Source: Eledone cirrhosa (lineage: Eukaryota). From it: 64,000 nucleotides of DNA. Shown here one piece after another: positions 27,947-40,104 of the stretch. Made by a program: the position numbers and the translations under genes. Position 1 is the stretch's first letter. Every line of letters begins with the position of its first letter. The notes beneath the pieces are model-generated. The model was not told the DNA's origin. It ran no database searches and saw only the letters and a program-made list of their open reading frames with translations. Location: assembly GCA_964016885.1 (NCBI GenBank), contig OZ024742.1, forward strand, positions 351,044,001 through 351,108,000, read 5' to 3'.

Positions 27947-28540
27947 AGGGCTGTGGATTGGCAGTATCGGTAGAGAGTCGGACGCCATGCTTTCCAGCAT
28001 AGTTACGTCCCTTTACAATCTGAGTTCAAATCCCGCCGAGGTTGACTTTGCCTTTCATCCTTACGGGGTCGATAAAATAAAGTACCAGTAATACACTGGG
28101 TAATTGCTGGCCTTGTGCCTAAAGTAGAAACAATTATTATATAAGGGCGGTGGATTGGCAGTATCGGTGGAGGATCGGACGTCATGCTTTCCAGCATAGT
28201 TACGTCTCTTTACGATCTGAGTTCAAATCCCGCCGAGGTTGACTTTGCCTTTCATCCTTACGGGGTCGATAAAATAAAGTACCAGTAATGCACTGGATAA
28301 TTGCTGGCCTTGTGCCTAAAGTAGAAACAATTATTATATAAGAGGTCTTGGTGACTTGGCAGTATCGGTAGAGGGTCGGACGCCATGATTTGACACATAG
28401 AGTTACGGCCCTTGCCATTCTCGGTTCAAATCCCGCACAGGTTAATTTTGCCTTTCATCCTTACGGGGAAGATAAAATAAAGAACCAGTAATGCACTGGG
28501 TAATTGCTGGCCTTGTGCCAAAAAGTAGAAACAATTATTA
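27947..28540 (+). mobile_element. Three head-to-tail main SINE copies
   Basis: ~197-bp period; junction sequence attattatataag. Confidence 0.92.
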
Positions 28541-28733
28541 TATAAGAGGTCACACTATTCCGAATAATTAAAGAAAACGTATTAATATCTCTATATGCAG
28601 GAATTTTATCGCTAATCATGTATGGTATGTAACACACTTAAGTAATATGTCATATGAAGATTGTAACAGGACGTCAAATATAGCAATGAATGGCGTTTGC
28701 ACGATTTATCACTCAACATTATTGCACTTATAA

Positions 28734-29363
28734 GGGAGGTGGATTGGCAGTATCGGTTGAGGGTCGGACGCCATGCTTTGCGACATAGAGTTATGTCCCT
28801 TTACAGACAGAGTTCAAATCCCACCGAGGTTAACTTTTCCTTTAATCCTTACGGGGTCGTTAAAATAAAGTACCAGTCATGTACTGTGGCCGATTTAATC
28901 GACTTTCCCCTCCCCCCAAAATTGCTGGCTTTGTGTCTATATAAGAAACCATTATTACACTTTGTCAGTTGATTGGCAGTATCGGTAGAGCGTCGGACGC
29001 CATGCTTTGCAAGCATAGTTACGTCCCTTTACGGTCTGAGTTCAAATCCCATCGAGGTTAACTTTGCCTTTCATCCTTACTGGGTCGATAAAATAAATTA
29101 CCAGTAATGCACTGGATAATTGCTGGCCTTGTGCCAAAAGTAGAAACAATTATTACACTTTGTCGGTGGATTGGCCGTATCGGTAGAGGGTCGGACGCCA
29201 TGTTTTGCAGCAAAGAGTTACGGCCCTTTATGATCTGAGTTCAAATCCCGCCAGGTTAACGTTGCCTTTCATCCTTACGGGGTCGATAAAATAAAGTACC
29301 AGTAATACACTGAGATAATAGCTGGCCTTGTACCAAAAGTAGAAACAATTATTACACTTTGTC
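28734..29363 (+). mobile_element. Three head-to-tail main SINE copies (the first is a longer variant)
   Basis: Junction attattacactttgtc follows each copy. Confidence 0.92.
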
Positions 29364-30064
29364 AAACCCACGATGAATATGCTTTTTTAGAGACGGCCTT
29401 TACTCGCCTCGTCGTAGCTATGTTATTGGGTTATGATAGTTTTTTGGGGAGCAACATGTATCACCCATTGCTCTATCTCCCTTAGCAGTTTACCGCTGTT
29501 GGTCCAAGTTTGTATATTCGTCCGCCAGTTGCCCGCTTATATCGGAACTAGCCTGCGAACAGTTTCCTAGCATAGTTTTCTTATGTAGGTTTATCACACA
29601 GGGTGACATCCTTTAATTTTATGTACATATAGAATGTTAGTAACATTTGCCTACTGAGTCAGCATGCCTTCAAACTCTTCAGAAAACGGTTATATTAATT
29701 TCTCTATACATATGGAGAACATATGGAGAACAACTAATATTCGAGTCTCTTTCGGAAAAAGACGTAACACTGATGGCACATTGACGATAATCCAGCTTCT
29801 ATATATACAAGTGTCACAACAAGGAAACGTGTGATGGATAGACATTGTCAGGAATCCCAAACTGGGTTTGGGTGCTCTAATTTATCTCATGGCTACTAAT
29901 AAAATACCATAGAAGTGGTCGAGATTTATTAAGTTAAGGCTTATTCTAAATTGATGGTATTTCACGAATGTATTTCATGTATTTAAGGAGTTTCATGTTA
30001 ACCGGATTAACACGCACACACACACACAGACCCCTCTCCCACACACACCCATACGTATATGTAC

Positions 30065-30096
<32 letters not shown>

Positions 30097-30479
30097 TTCA
30101 TATATATCGGTTACACCATAAAGCGCTCGACATTTAGGTGCTAAATCCTTACGGTAAACATAGATGCAACCCTCTGAAGCACTCAACGTACTTCTTCCAG
30201 ATAGGAGTGACGGAGCATATTTAGAATAAGAAAATGCGAAGTAGTTTCAGAAGTTAAAGCCTTTTATTTATAAGGCTGTGATACATATTTGGATGACGAC
30301 AGTGGCCACATGGTACCGCGTACCCAGTGCGATGCCCTCACCAGAGGGCTTCTTACATAATAAGGTTACAGTCCCGAGGTAATCTAAATTGGAAGAACAA
30401 GGAAAAAGGACAAAGACAATGCACTTGAAGCCTTCGCGCGTTCCCTTGTGGGCCCCAATCCACCACAGATCCACCCGCC

Positions 30480-31715
30480 GGCCTTCCGCTCCACATCAGC
30501 TCCAGCCTCCAACAACTCCAGACTCTCACGAGCCGACTGCCACCCAGCTCTCTTTCTGTTGAGGAACTGCTTCGCCATGCCGAAGCTCCTCTAAACCCTT
30601 CGCAGCGGTCCGTGTTACACACACGCATCTCTCCTCACTGACCTCGATACTTGTATCCGAGCAGCAGCCTAGGAGATATGCAACATCAAGTTTGACGACA
30701 TTGGATGGCAACAGGCCACTTTACCTGTCAGGTATGGCGGCCCTGGCCTCCGGTCCCCGATCTCCTTGACTTTTCCCGCGCATCTTTCGTCGGTAAGCTC
30801 GTTCCGCGTCGTCGTCAGCAGGGTTCTTCAAAACACAATAGAACTCTCTGTGTTCAGAAAACGTTAGGCCGCCCGTGACACGTGGGACCGGCTGGGTGTT
30901 AGCCCAGTAGACGTCCCTCCTCCTTCTCCCCATGTTGACGCCAAGTCCCCACCAAAGCACTTAGGATCCCATCCAGTGCAGCCTAGCTTAAGACAGGCTC
31001 ACGAGCCAGCTCGATCAGCACCGCCTTGCCTGTTTTCGTGCGGCCTCCAAATCCCACAGTGGTGCCGGGCCCCATGCCCTGCCCATCCTCTCCACTGGCA
31101 CGCAGCTAGACAATAGCCTGCGCATCGGCGTTTCCTTGAGGCTCGGCCTCCGGATCTACGAGCCACACCAATGTCGCTGCAGATCCACCGTGGACTCTTT
31201 CGGCCTCCACCCGCATTCCTGTCGCCACAGTGCCGGCTATCTCCCAGGCTATGCTGTTCTCAACGAGGTCATAAAGCATGGCTTGGACGCCGCTGGCTTC
31301 CGTTCCCAGCTCGAGCCGTTGGGGTCGGACTGAGGGGACGGCAAAAGCCCAGATGGCATGACCATCTTCCCGTTCCGCGGTGGAAAACCCCTCGTTTGGG
31401 ATACCACTTGCACCGACATTTTCTGCAGCCGCAACCTGGTGCAGTCTACGACTAACCCAGGTTCTGCTGCACGTCGGGCTGAGGAGGCCAAACTCCTCAA
31501 ATACCGGTCGCTATCCGACAGGTTTGCGGTTGTACGCCTGGCAGTGGAGACTTCTGGTGTCCTCGGCCCTAGGTCTACCTCCCTACTCACCACCATATGA
31601 GCTGGTCAGCCGCAGGTGTGAGCCCCACGAGTTGGAGTGGCTTTTCCAGCGCCTCTCTGTTGCCGTACTCCGGGGAAACGCCTTCTTTATTCTATCCGCC
31701 GGATCTGTGGGGAGG
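30480..31715 (+). pseudogene. CRE-like non-LTR retrotransposon: RT C-terminus, CCHC knuckle, restriction-like endonuclease
   Basis: WQQATLPVRYGGPGL; SGAGPHALP..LRLG; CRC..LHPHSC; SPDGMTIFPFRGGKPLVWD; AEEAKLLKY; several stops. Confidence 0.85.
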
Positions 31716-32141
31716 AGGGCGGTATCACGTATCATTCCACTGAATCAAATTTTTAAAGTTATTATCGTCTCCACTCCTTTGAAAAAAACCCTCACTGTGA
31801 TGGGCAAAATTTAACTACAAAGATGTGATCGGCTACCACAGGACGTGTGACTAGTAGTAAACTACAACTTAGTGACTGGTGGGAATACTGTTACTGTGTC
31901 CCCTTACCGGCCTGGATGGGGTAATTTATTGGGGATTTTTGAGTGGCGAGACTTGCCGAGGCTACTTTCGTTGTGTGTTTGGGTAGTAGTTAGATGGTCA
32001 ACTTCACATTTGCGCCTGCGCAAACTGTATTGGAGTATTGGAGCTCATAAGGGAACGGGTGAAGGATTCAAGGCATCATCGTTGTCTGTTCCCCTGTCCT
32101 TTCGATTTGAAATACCACGGGAACGTAACCTTATTATGTAA

Positions 32142-32205
32142 AAGGTTGTCTGGTGAGAGCATGGCACTGGGTACACGGAATCATAGAAATATGTATCACA
32201 ACCTT
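32142..32205 (+). ncRNA. Family B hammerhead homologue with CUGGUGA core
   Basis: aaggttgt-CTGGTGA-..-GAA-ATATGTAT-C-acaacctt; stem I covaries with gctgt/acagc of the 4707 copy. Confidence 0.6.
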
Positions 32206-32253
32206 ATTAATAAAGGACTTTAATATCTGAAACTAGGTCACGCTTTCTTATTG

Positions 32254-32331
<78 letters not shown>

Positions 32332-32519
32332 CAATCTGATGTTTAGTAAAATCGAAATTTTGGCTGTGGCCAAAAGCTAACGATATACAATCAGGAATGT
32401 ACAGCAAAGCACTCGATAAGGTTGTTTCACTTTAGAGTGATAACATACGTTGGATAACTTGACAAATTGAAAACCGCGGTAGTCAAGTCTAGCCACATAT
32501 TACCAAAGGAACGAAAACA

Positions 32520-32578
<59 letters not shown>

Positions 32579-32586
32579 ACACACAG

Positions 32587-32618
<32 letters not shown>

Positions 32619-32631
32619 ATCTATATATATA

Positions 32632-32760
<129 letters not shown>

Positions 32761-33683
32761 TAAAAAATAGAGGTGTAACACACGTTATTATATATTGGTA
32801 AACGGAATAGAAAATGCTGCTAAATTGTTCACAGTTGAAAAATGGTTTAATTAGGAATAAAAGAGTATTAGTGATTGTATGGGTTAGTATTCAGTTGTGG
32901 TTTTAAGTTTTTAAGTTTTTACCGGTTGGGCATTTCTAAATGCTTTTCAAAAATAATTTTGAGACACAGTGTCCGTGCTGTTTGCTCTGATCTGATTAGT
33001 TTTGGAAATTCTACCTGTTTTTATGTTAAAAAAGTGGCTCCAGCGCTACTTTGGTGTTTCAAAAATTCTTGTGGTCAAAACAATTTTGATTGGTCGGTAG
33101 AGGTCATGTGAATAAACAATTGATTTTGCGCCAAGACTGAGAAATGACTCTTTCACAACAAATATGTGTGTGTGTGTGTGTAGTAGTAGTAAGGTGTTCG
33201 ATGTTGTGATAATGGTTAGCAGGGATGTGTGTCAAATGGCTATTAAGATAAGTGTGTGTGTGTATAGCAGAGTAATTCGTGGTAGCAGGGATGGTCAGTA
33301 GAAATGTGTCTGTAAGCATTGGGGGATATTTTAGCATGTCAACAGATATTTTTCAGCTTTTGTCTTATACGGAGAAGTGTGTGTGTGCGTGTGTGTGTGT
33401 ATAAGTCTCTTTGTATGTTAATGTACGCGTGTGTATGTGTGTGTGTATATATGTGTGTGTGTGTGTATGTGTGAGAATGTGTGTGTGTGTGTGTGTGTGT
33501 CTGTGGACCAGTATTTTTTCCCCCTGGTAAACTGGTGTACATTATTCTATTTTTTCAGTAAAATCGGTTCTCTTAATAGAACATCAAAAATCTTAACAAT
33601 AAAAGGTGTGAAATGATATTCACTATATATATATATATATACATACATATATTCACTATATACATATATATATATATATATAA

Positions 33684-33753
<70 letters not shown>

Positions 33754-33769
33754 TAGAATAACAGATTAA

Positions 33770-33820
33770 AGTTTAAGCAAAGAATCGCTGCTTTCACCCT
33801 TAACGGGATCTTCTGAAACT
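33770..33820 (-). ncRNA. Hammerhead variant with CAGAAGA core (family C)
   Basis: agttt-CAGAAGA-tccc gttaa gggt-GAA-AGCA-N9-TGCT-T-aaact; other copies at 35395-35445(+), 51260-51310(+) and ~52605-52690. Confidence 0.6.
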
Positions 33821-33965
33821 AACAAAGTCAATCTGTAAACGCAGAACTGGATATTTCAAAAAACGTTGCAACCGGAGGAAGACAGGAAGACGATACTTTG
33901 GTTCGTGGTAACGTTCGCTGGCAAAGAACGGGAAAAACGAATAATACGTCATTAATAGGAGCGGT

Positions 33966-34466
33966 TCAAATTTAGCTAAACTACCTAGCCATAGGAACAC
34001 GTGCAACCCTGTAGTTAGTACTAACTGTAATTTTAGGAATCGGGCTGATTGCCCCCTATCCGGGAAATGCCTCTCTAGTAACATTGTCTACAAATGTAAG
34101 GTTGTAACACCCACGTCCCGTAGGGCCTACATAGGGTTAACCGCCAATAGTTTCAAGCAGCGTCTTTACATGCATACCCATTCTTTTCGTTACCCTCTAA
34201 GAAGGAATATGACGTCACTTTCAGCTTATATCTGGAGTCTAAAAGACAACCACACCCAATATAAGTTACACTGGGAGATCCTAGCTAGGGCTAGATCGTA
34301 TAACGGAAATAAAAGACCATGTGAACTCTGCGCCGATGAGGCCCTGGAAATACTCTACGCTACAGACCACATCTTAAACAAAATATCTGAGGCAATTTAG
34401 GCTTGTAATCATAAATTGCACAAAACTTTCCTGTATTACAGCCCCACGTTATACCCTGACGGATAG
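33966..34466 (+). pseudogene. PLE Cys linker plus GIY-YIG (family C)
   Basis: CNFRNRADCPLSGKCLSSNIVYKCKV..AYIGLTANSFKQR..TSLSAYIWSLK..CELC..LNKISEAI*ACNH. Confidence 0.9.
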
Positions 34467-35551
34467 CACGATCTATACGTGGATATTTTACGTCTTGATG
34501 TGTGAGCTAAGTACATGTTTTGTTTATTCCTTTTCTTATTTGCATAGGTAAGTATATATTACCCGTATGTTTTGTAAAGGTATGTATACCTTCTCGTACG
34601 TATATTTGACTGTTATAGCATATCATTTTTACATATATTGGTATTTAGGGTTTGGCTATGTGTATACGGGAGTTTTGCGTCCGCGTGAGTGTGCAGGTTC
34701 GTACGTATGCTGGGTGTGTGTATATGTGTACTTCTTGTTTTAGTTGACTTACGTCTCCGAACATTCGTGTATTTATATGTAGGTATGCGTGTGCGCTTGT
34801 TATATAGGTATTTATTTACTTATATACGTTTATATAATTATTTATTTATTTGTACACAAGCATACACACACACACATATTTATATGTGCGTGGTTTTGTA
34901 TACCCATGGTAAGGTTTTGCGTATGCTTGTGTATCTACGTATCTGTTTGCGTGTATGTATTTATTTGTTTCTATTACTTCTGTATTGTATTTATTTACTT
35001 TGTTCTTAACTCAGTAGCGGAGATTCATTTGGTCTCCTAGTTAGAATTTTAGTCTACAATTTCCGCTATACCATTTACGTGGTTTTGTCTTTGCGTGCTA
35101 TTGTTCTCTACGCTCCACATATGACTTATTATCTTCGTTTTTTCGTTCATTGCCAGAGAACGTCTCTATGCACCACCTAAGAGATCATTAGTCTACGACC
35201 TCTTTTATACCATAAACGTGGTTTTGTCTTTGCGCGTAATTGTTTTTTACCGCTCCTATTAATGACGTATTATTCGTTTTTTCCCGTTCTTTGCTAGCGA
35301 ACGTTACCACGAACCAAAGTATCGTCTTCCTGTCTTCCTCCGGTTGCAACGTTTTTTGAAATATCCAGTTCTGCGTTTACAGATTGACTTCGTTAGTTTC
35401 AGAATATCCCGTTAAGGGTGAAAGCAGCGATTCTTTGCTTAAACTTTAATCTGTTATTTTAATAAATATTTGCTCTACGGTTCTTATATATTTGATATAT
35501 ATTTTCCTTATCGAGCCCTCTTTGGATTTTAGTCTTCAATTTTATTATTAT

Positions 35552-35623
<72 letters not shown>

Positions 35624-35832
35624 CGTTTCTGAATTTGTTTAGCAAGATTCTTTATCTGAAATCGTGTGTTGAAACCGATATTGTTATACTTTGGGAGGGT
35701 CATGTTGCCAATAAGAAACACACGCACCAGTTGCTTTCACTTCAATTTAATTTATTAAATATTTATAAATTTACAAATTTATAAATTTCTGGTTGGTTGG
35801 TTCCACAACCAGATAGTTGTTTATATATATAT

Positions 35833-35877
35833 AGTCATAGTTCTTTCGTCACACACTCTGTGACCTCTTCAGTGACT
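35833..35877 (-). ncRNA. Minimal type I hammerhead (family D)
   Basis: agtca-CTGAAGA-g-gtcaca gagtg tgtgac-GAA-AG aa CT-A-tgact; degenerate copy at 53753-53797(+). Confidence 0.75.
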
Positions 35878-35987
35878 GGTGATTTCGTTCTTCGTTTCTG
35901 TGTCTTTCCTTTCTTCTATCCTACGCCATTTTGTTTGTGTGTGGGTTTCGTGCTCAGTTTGCGCATGCGCCACATCCGGGTGTCTGT

Positions 35988-36042
<55 letters not shown>

Positions 36043-36224
36043 CATTTTTCTATTTTTCTATTTATATTTTTCTATTTGTTTGTTTATTTATTTATTTATT
36101 GTTGGTTGGTTGTTTGTTCTATGTGTGTGTGTGTTTTCATTTTGTCTTGTGTGTGTTTTCATTTTGTGTGTGTTTTCAATTGTAAGTTGTTTGTTCTATG
36201 TGTGTGTGTGTTTTCATTTTGTCC

Positions 36225-37574
36225 TTAATTGTAAGTTGTGATGTTGCTGTTCCACTCATATTTTCTATTTAATTTTGGTTTTAATTCTTTTATGCTTACT
36301 GCCTCTGTAATTTGCCTAAACATTGCGTCTTTCTTGTGTGTGGATTCTATTTTTATTTCTATGCTCTCTAATTTACCCCTGTGTTCTATCTTAGCATGTT
36401 GGTAGAGCACAGATGATTCTTTACTATCTTGGAGGTCTCGCCAGTGTTCATTTATTCGTTCCCCTATACTACGAGCTGTCTCACCTATGTACACTACATT
36501 TTTGTTTCTACATTGTCCTTCAGTACATCTTATGCTATATACTACATTTCTAGTTTTACAGTTAATATGGGGGCTTATTTTACAGGTTATACATTTCTTA
36601 TCTATACATGAGGGTCTTTGGAACGGGTATGTCTTGCTAATAAGTGTTTTTACGGAGGTACCAGGTCTTTCTACTATCTTAATATTGAGATTATGTTTCT
36701 TTAGGGCCCTTCTAAATTTGTAGGCTAGTTCGCCTCTAGGGGTTGTATTGATGAACATTACACTCTGGTATTTATTGCTATCATACCATGAGTTTATTCT
36801 ATTGGCCTTGTTCTTAGTTCTTTCTATTCTATTCCAAAATTTGCTCCTATACAAGGGGCAGGTCCCATTTATGTCATTATTTACCATTTTTTCCCATTTG
36901 GTTCTGGCTCCTTTATACACTCTGATTCTATCTCTCTGATTGTAGCCAGAGAACTGCATACGGTGGATGAAGTGTTGTATGTGTCTCTCTAGTTCTTCGG
37001 GGTTGCACATGCGGGACACATTTCTCATCACCCGTACCAAATCCGCAATCAGTATGTTGATTTTGGTATGGTCCGAAATGGCCGAGTTTCGGTGGATCAG
37101 ATGTTTGGAAGTCATGGGTTTGGCATAATGGGAATGGAGGATTTGTTTTTGGTTGTTAATAGTATCTAACCAGAGCTCTGTGTCTAGTACAGGTAATCGA
37201 TGGTTGGGGTGTCTACTTGGGTAGTCTATAGTAACTCTAATGCTCTGGTGGATGGAGTTTGCTATTTGCTGGATGCTTTCCATTGTGTTTTTCTCTAGTT
37301 CCTGACTGTTCTTTAGTGGGGGTGTCTTAACTACGATGTTTATATCATCTACGTAGCGGGAGTACATTATCAGGGTTAAGCTGTCTTCTAATTGTTCATT
37401 AAGTTTTTGTTTAAGTCTACTGTCCCACCATACCATGAATAAGTTAGCTATGTCGCCTGCAATGCTAACACCAATGGCTGCTCCTTCCTCTTGGGCATAT
37501 GTTTTACCATTAAATTTGAACATATGTTCCTTAAGGGTTAGTTTTATGCTGGCCCCTACCGCATGTGCAACCAA
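36225..37574 (-). CDS. PLE RT plus GIY-YIG, uninterrupted but N-terminally truncated (449 aa)
   Basis: YAQEEGAAIG, SRYVDDI, LPVLD, HYAKPM, CIDKKCITC linker, NVVYSIRC..VYIGETARSIGERINEH, LNRKYE. Confidence 0.92.
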   Translation of the reverse strand: MVAHAVGASIKLTLKEHMFKFNGKTYAQEEGAAIGVSIAGDIANLFMVWWDSRLKQKLNEQLEDSLTLIMYSRYVDDINIVVKTPPLKNSQELEKNTMESIQQIANSIHQSIRVTIDYPSRHPNHRLPVLDTELWLDTINNQKQILHSHYAKPMTSKHLIHRNSAISDHTKINILIADLVRVMRNVSRMCNPEELERHIQHFIHRMQFSGYNQRDRIRVYKGARTKWEKMVNNDINGTCPLYRSKFWNRIERTKNKANRINSWYDSNKYQSVMFINTTPRGELAYKFRRALKKHNLNIKIVERPGTSVKTLISKTYPFQRPSCIDKKCITCKISPHINCKTRNVVYSIRCTEGQCRNKNVVYIGETARSIGERINEHWRDLQDSKESSVLYQHAKIEHRGKLESIEIKIESTHKKDAMFRQITEAVSIKELKPKLNRKYEWNSNITTYN

Positions 37575-37685
37575 CCAACCAGAAATTTATAAATTTGTAA
37601 ATTTATAAATATTTAATAAATTAAATTGAAGTGAAAGCAACTGGTGCGTGTGTTTCTTATTGGCAACATGACCCTCCCAAAGTAT

Positions 37686-37729
<44 letters not shown>

Positions 37730-37846
37730 TTTTTTTTGTTGCAACATAGAGCATGTGTGTTTACGTATGTTATTGTGTTTATATGTGGGTAGAGATGTGT
37801 GCTGATGTAGGTATGTATGTTGACTTGTGTATGTTTTGGGTTCGTC

Positions 37847-38328
37847 TTAGGGAGAAGTGTTTAGACGGGGTCCGTATTTGTTAATGAAGTAAGATTCCTT
37901 GCTGGTGCGCTGGGTGTGGGTGGCATTATCTTTAAATTTGTAGAAGGGAAAGATTCTGAAGTTCGGATGATTTTGGGCGGCACAGGTATCAATGTGTTCA
38001 CTCAGTGGTATTTTCCTGTATTCCCGTATTTTAATTTGGGATCTATGGACAGTCATGCGTTGGCAGAGGCTGTTTTTGGTCTGGCCTACGTATTGTTCTC
38101 GACAACCTTAGCAAGTTAATACATATATTAGATTTTCCGATGCACGTGTGAAATTGTGTTTTACTATAAAACGTTGTCCTTCTTTGAAATAGAATTCCGA
38201 ACCGTCTATTAGGTTGATGCAAATGCCACAGTTGGGTCTATCGCATTTTTTTACTGTGTGTTTCGTTGTTGTGGTTGGCAGTACTTTGGCATGTGTTAGG
38301 ATGTTTATCATTGACTTGAATTGTCTTT
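37847..38328 (-). pseudogene. Family A Cys linker plus GIY-YIG
   Basis: KKCDRPNCGIC..NLIYVLTC*GCREQYVGQT..; paralogue of 16801-17285. Confidence 0.9.
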
Positions 38329-38572
38329 TTAACATAACAACAGGTAGAATTTCCAAAACTAATCAGATCAGAGCAAACAACACGGACACTCTATCTCAAA
38401 ATTATTTTTGAAAATTATTTAGAAATGCGCAACCGGTAAAAAATTAAAAACTAAAACCATACAATTTAAAAACTTAAAACTTAACCCATACAATTACTAA
38501 TACTCTTTTATTTCTAACTAAACCATTTTTCAACTGTGAACAAATTGTCAGCATTTTTTATTCCGTTTACCA

Positions 38573-38632
<60 letters not shown>

Positions 38633-38997
38633 AAGCAAAGAATGAAGAAATTATCGAGCAACTTGGCCGTCAGGATTGTCATAAAATTGTATGAATATAC
38701 TGGAGTGCATCCTCCGAAAATATATTCCACAACGGAAGAATACGTTCCGACAGATCCATCATCAGTCGATCAATATCTACTTATTACACCATAATATTCA
38801 AATAAACATGAATGTAATCTACTGCAGGAAACATGGTTTCACATCCACTTTTCTAAAAGATAAATGATGCACAAAACGCCACCACCACCTCTTTTGCAAG
38901 AGATGTCAACATGAATGGACCTGTTATGTTTATCTAAATACATTTTTTCCAATCCCAATTCGCCCGTCCCCTCAATCTATCTTATTTCTCATTCTTT

Positions 38998-39032
38998 TTT
39001 TCTAATGAAGGAATAGCGTCCGAAACGTTAAG
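38998..39032 (+). ncRNA. Degenerate minimal hammerhead (CUAAUGA)
   Basis: CTAATGA-agga atagcg tcc-GAAACGTTA; G5 mutated. Confidence 0.35.
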
Positions 39033-39129
39033 GCCCTCTTCCTGCTATTTCAAGTGTTAACCTAATATATCCCTTTCATATACTGTACCGATTGTGTTGT
39101 TATTTCTGTTTACCATTTACATACAAACA

Positions 39130-39165
<36 letters not shown>

Positions 39166-39214
39166 TATATACATATATATACATACATATATATATATAT
39201 ATATATACATATAT

Positions 39215-39253
<39 letters not shown>

Positions 39254-39340
39254 GGAAAAATTTGAACAGGGATAAAACAGTGAGGCAGTACAATGAATGT
39301 TTATTAATTTCACGCTCATGAGAGTGGGGTGTAGGTGGGG

Positions 39341-39375
39341 GACGACGTTTCGGGCATAAGCCCTTCCTCAGGTGA
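39341..39375 (-). ncRNA. Minimal PLE-type hammerhead within a TA-flanked fragment (~39250-39750)
   Basis: CTGAGGA-a-gggc ttat gccc-GAA-ACGT-C; stem I only ~2 bp. Confidence 0.65.
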
Positions 39376-39749
39376 GAAGTGTGTGGGAACAGAGTTCAAA
39401 AGGTGTGTAGGGGAGTGGTGGAGAGACATATAGCGAAAGGAAACGGTGCGAATGAAAAAATAACAAATAAAGATAAAAATAAAAATAAAGCATGATCAAA
39501 ATACAAGGAATGAGATAAATTTAAAAATAAAGGCATGATCAAAATAAACTGAAATTAAAAGGGGGGTAAACAGGTGGTGGATGGGTGTGGGATGAGTAGG
39601 GGTGGTGGCGGGTGGAGTGGGGAGAGGGAGACGGGGTGTCCGAGCGGGGAGGGCTGAAGGTGGTGTGTGTGTGTAGGTGTGCGTGTGTAGGTGTGTGTGT
39701 GTGTGTGTGTATGTGAAAGTAAGGGTTGGGGGAAGAACGGGGTTGCATG

Positions 39750-39829
<80 letters not shown>

Positions 39830-39838
39830 TATATATAT

Positions 39839-40071
39839 CCAGGGAGTGTAACTTGGAGTAACTGTAGGTTCACCCGGGTGTAGAACTAGACAGAGTGTAT
39901 TATAGTAAAATAAAACAAGGACGATTGGTTACTCTTTCTCTGATGAGATGCGGATAACAGAGTCGGGCTAGATCGATACAGATCAAACCTTGAGCTAATC
40001 AGTGGCGAAACGTGCGACACCAACCAATAAACGTAATGAAGGAGTAACCAATCGTCCCTGTTTTATTTTAC

Positions 40072-40075
<4 letters not shown>
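39839..40075. mobile_element. Small PLE foldback in (TA)n
   Basis: Arms 39901-39938 and 40038-40075; left tail; CTGATGA (39940)-N60-GAAACGTGCGAC between the arms. Confidence 0.75.

Positions 40076-40104
<29 letters not shown>

Larger units (their letters stand above)
30105..32252. mobile_element. PLE family B foldback enclosing a CRE-like fragment
   Basis: Left tail and arm 30105-30465, right inverted arm ~31990-32252; homologous to 3955-4822. Confidence 0.8.
33749..35555 (+). mobile_element. PLE family C, 5'-truncated with inverted arm
   Basis: Arms 33749-33965 and 35249-35467; ~90-bp tail; GIY-YIG inside; TA flanks; ~140-bp tandem duplication at 35068/35207. Confidence 0.9.
35621..37690 (-). 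mobile_element. PLE family D, 5'-truncated with inverted arm
   Basis: Tail and arm 35621-35801, inverted arm 37569-37690, open RT-EN frame between them; TA flanks. Confidence 0.93.

Noticed and set aside
26888-29363. CRISPR-like periodicity
   Set aside because: No unique spacers and no cas genes; the units are SINE-derived in eukaryotic DNA.
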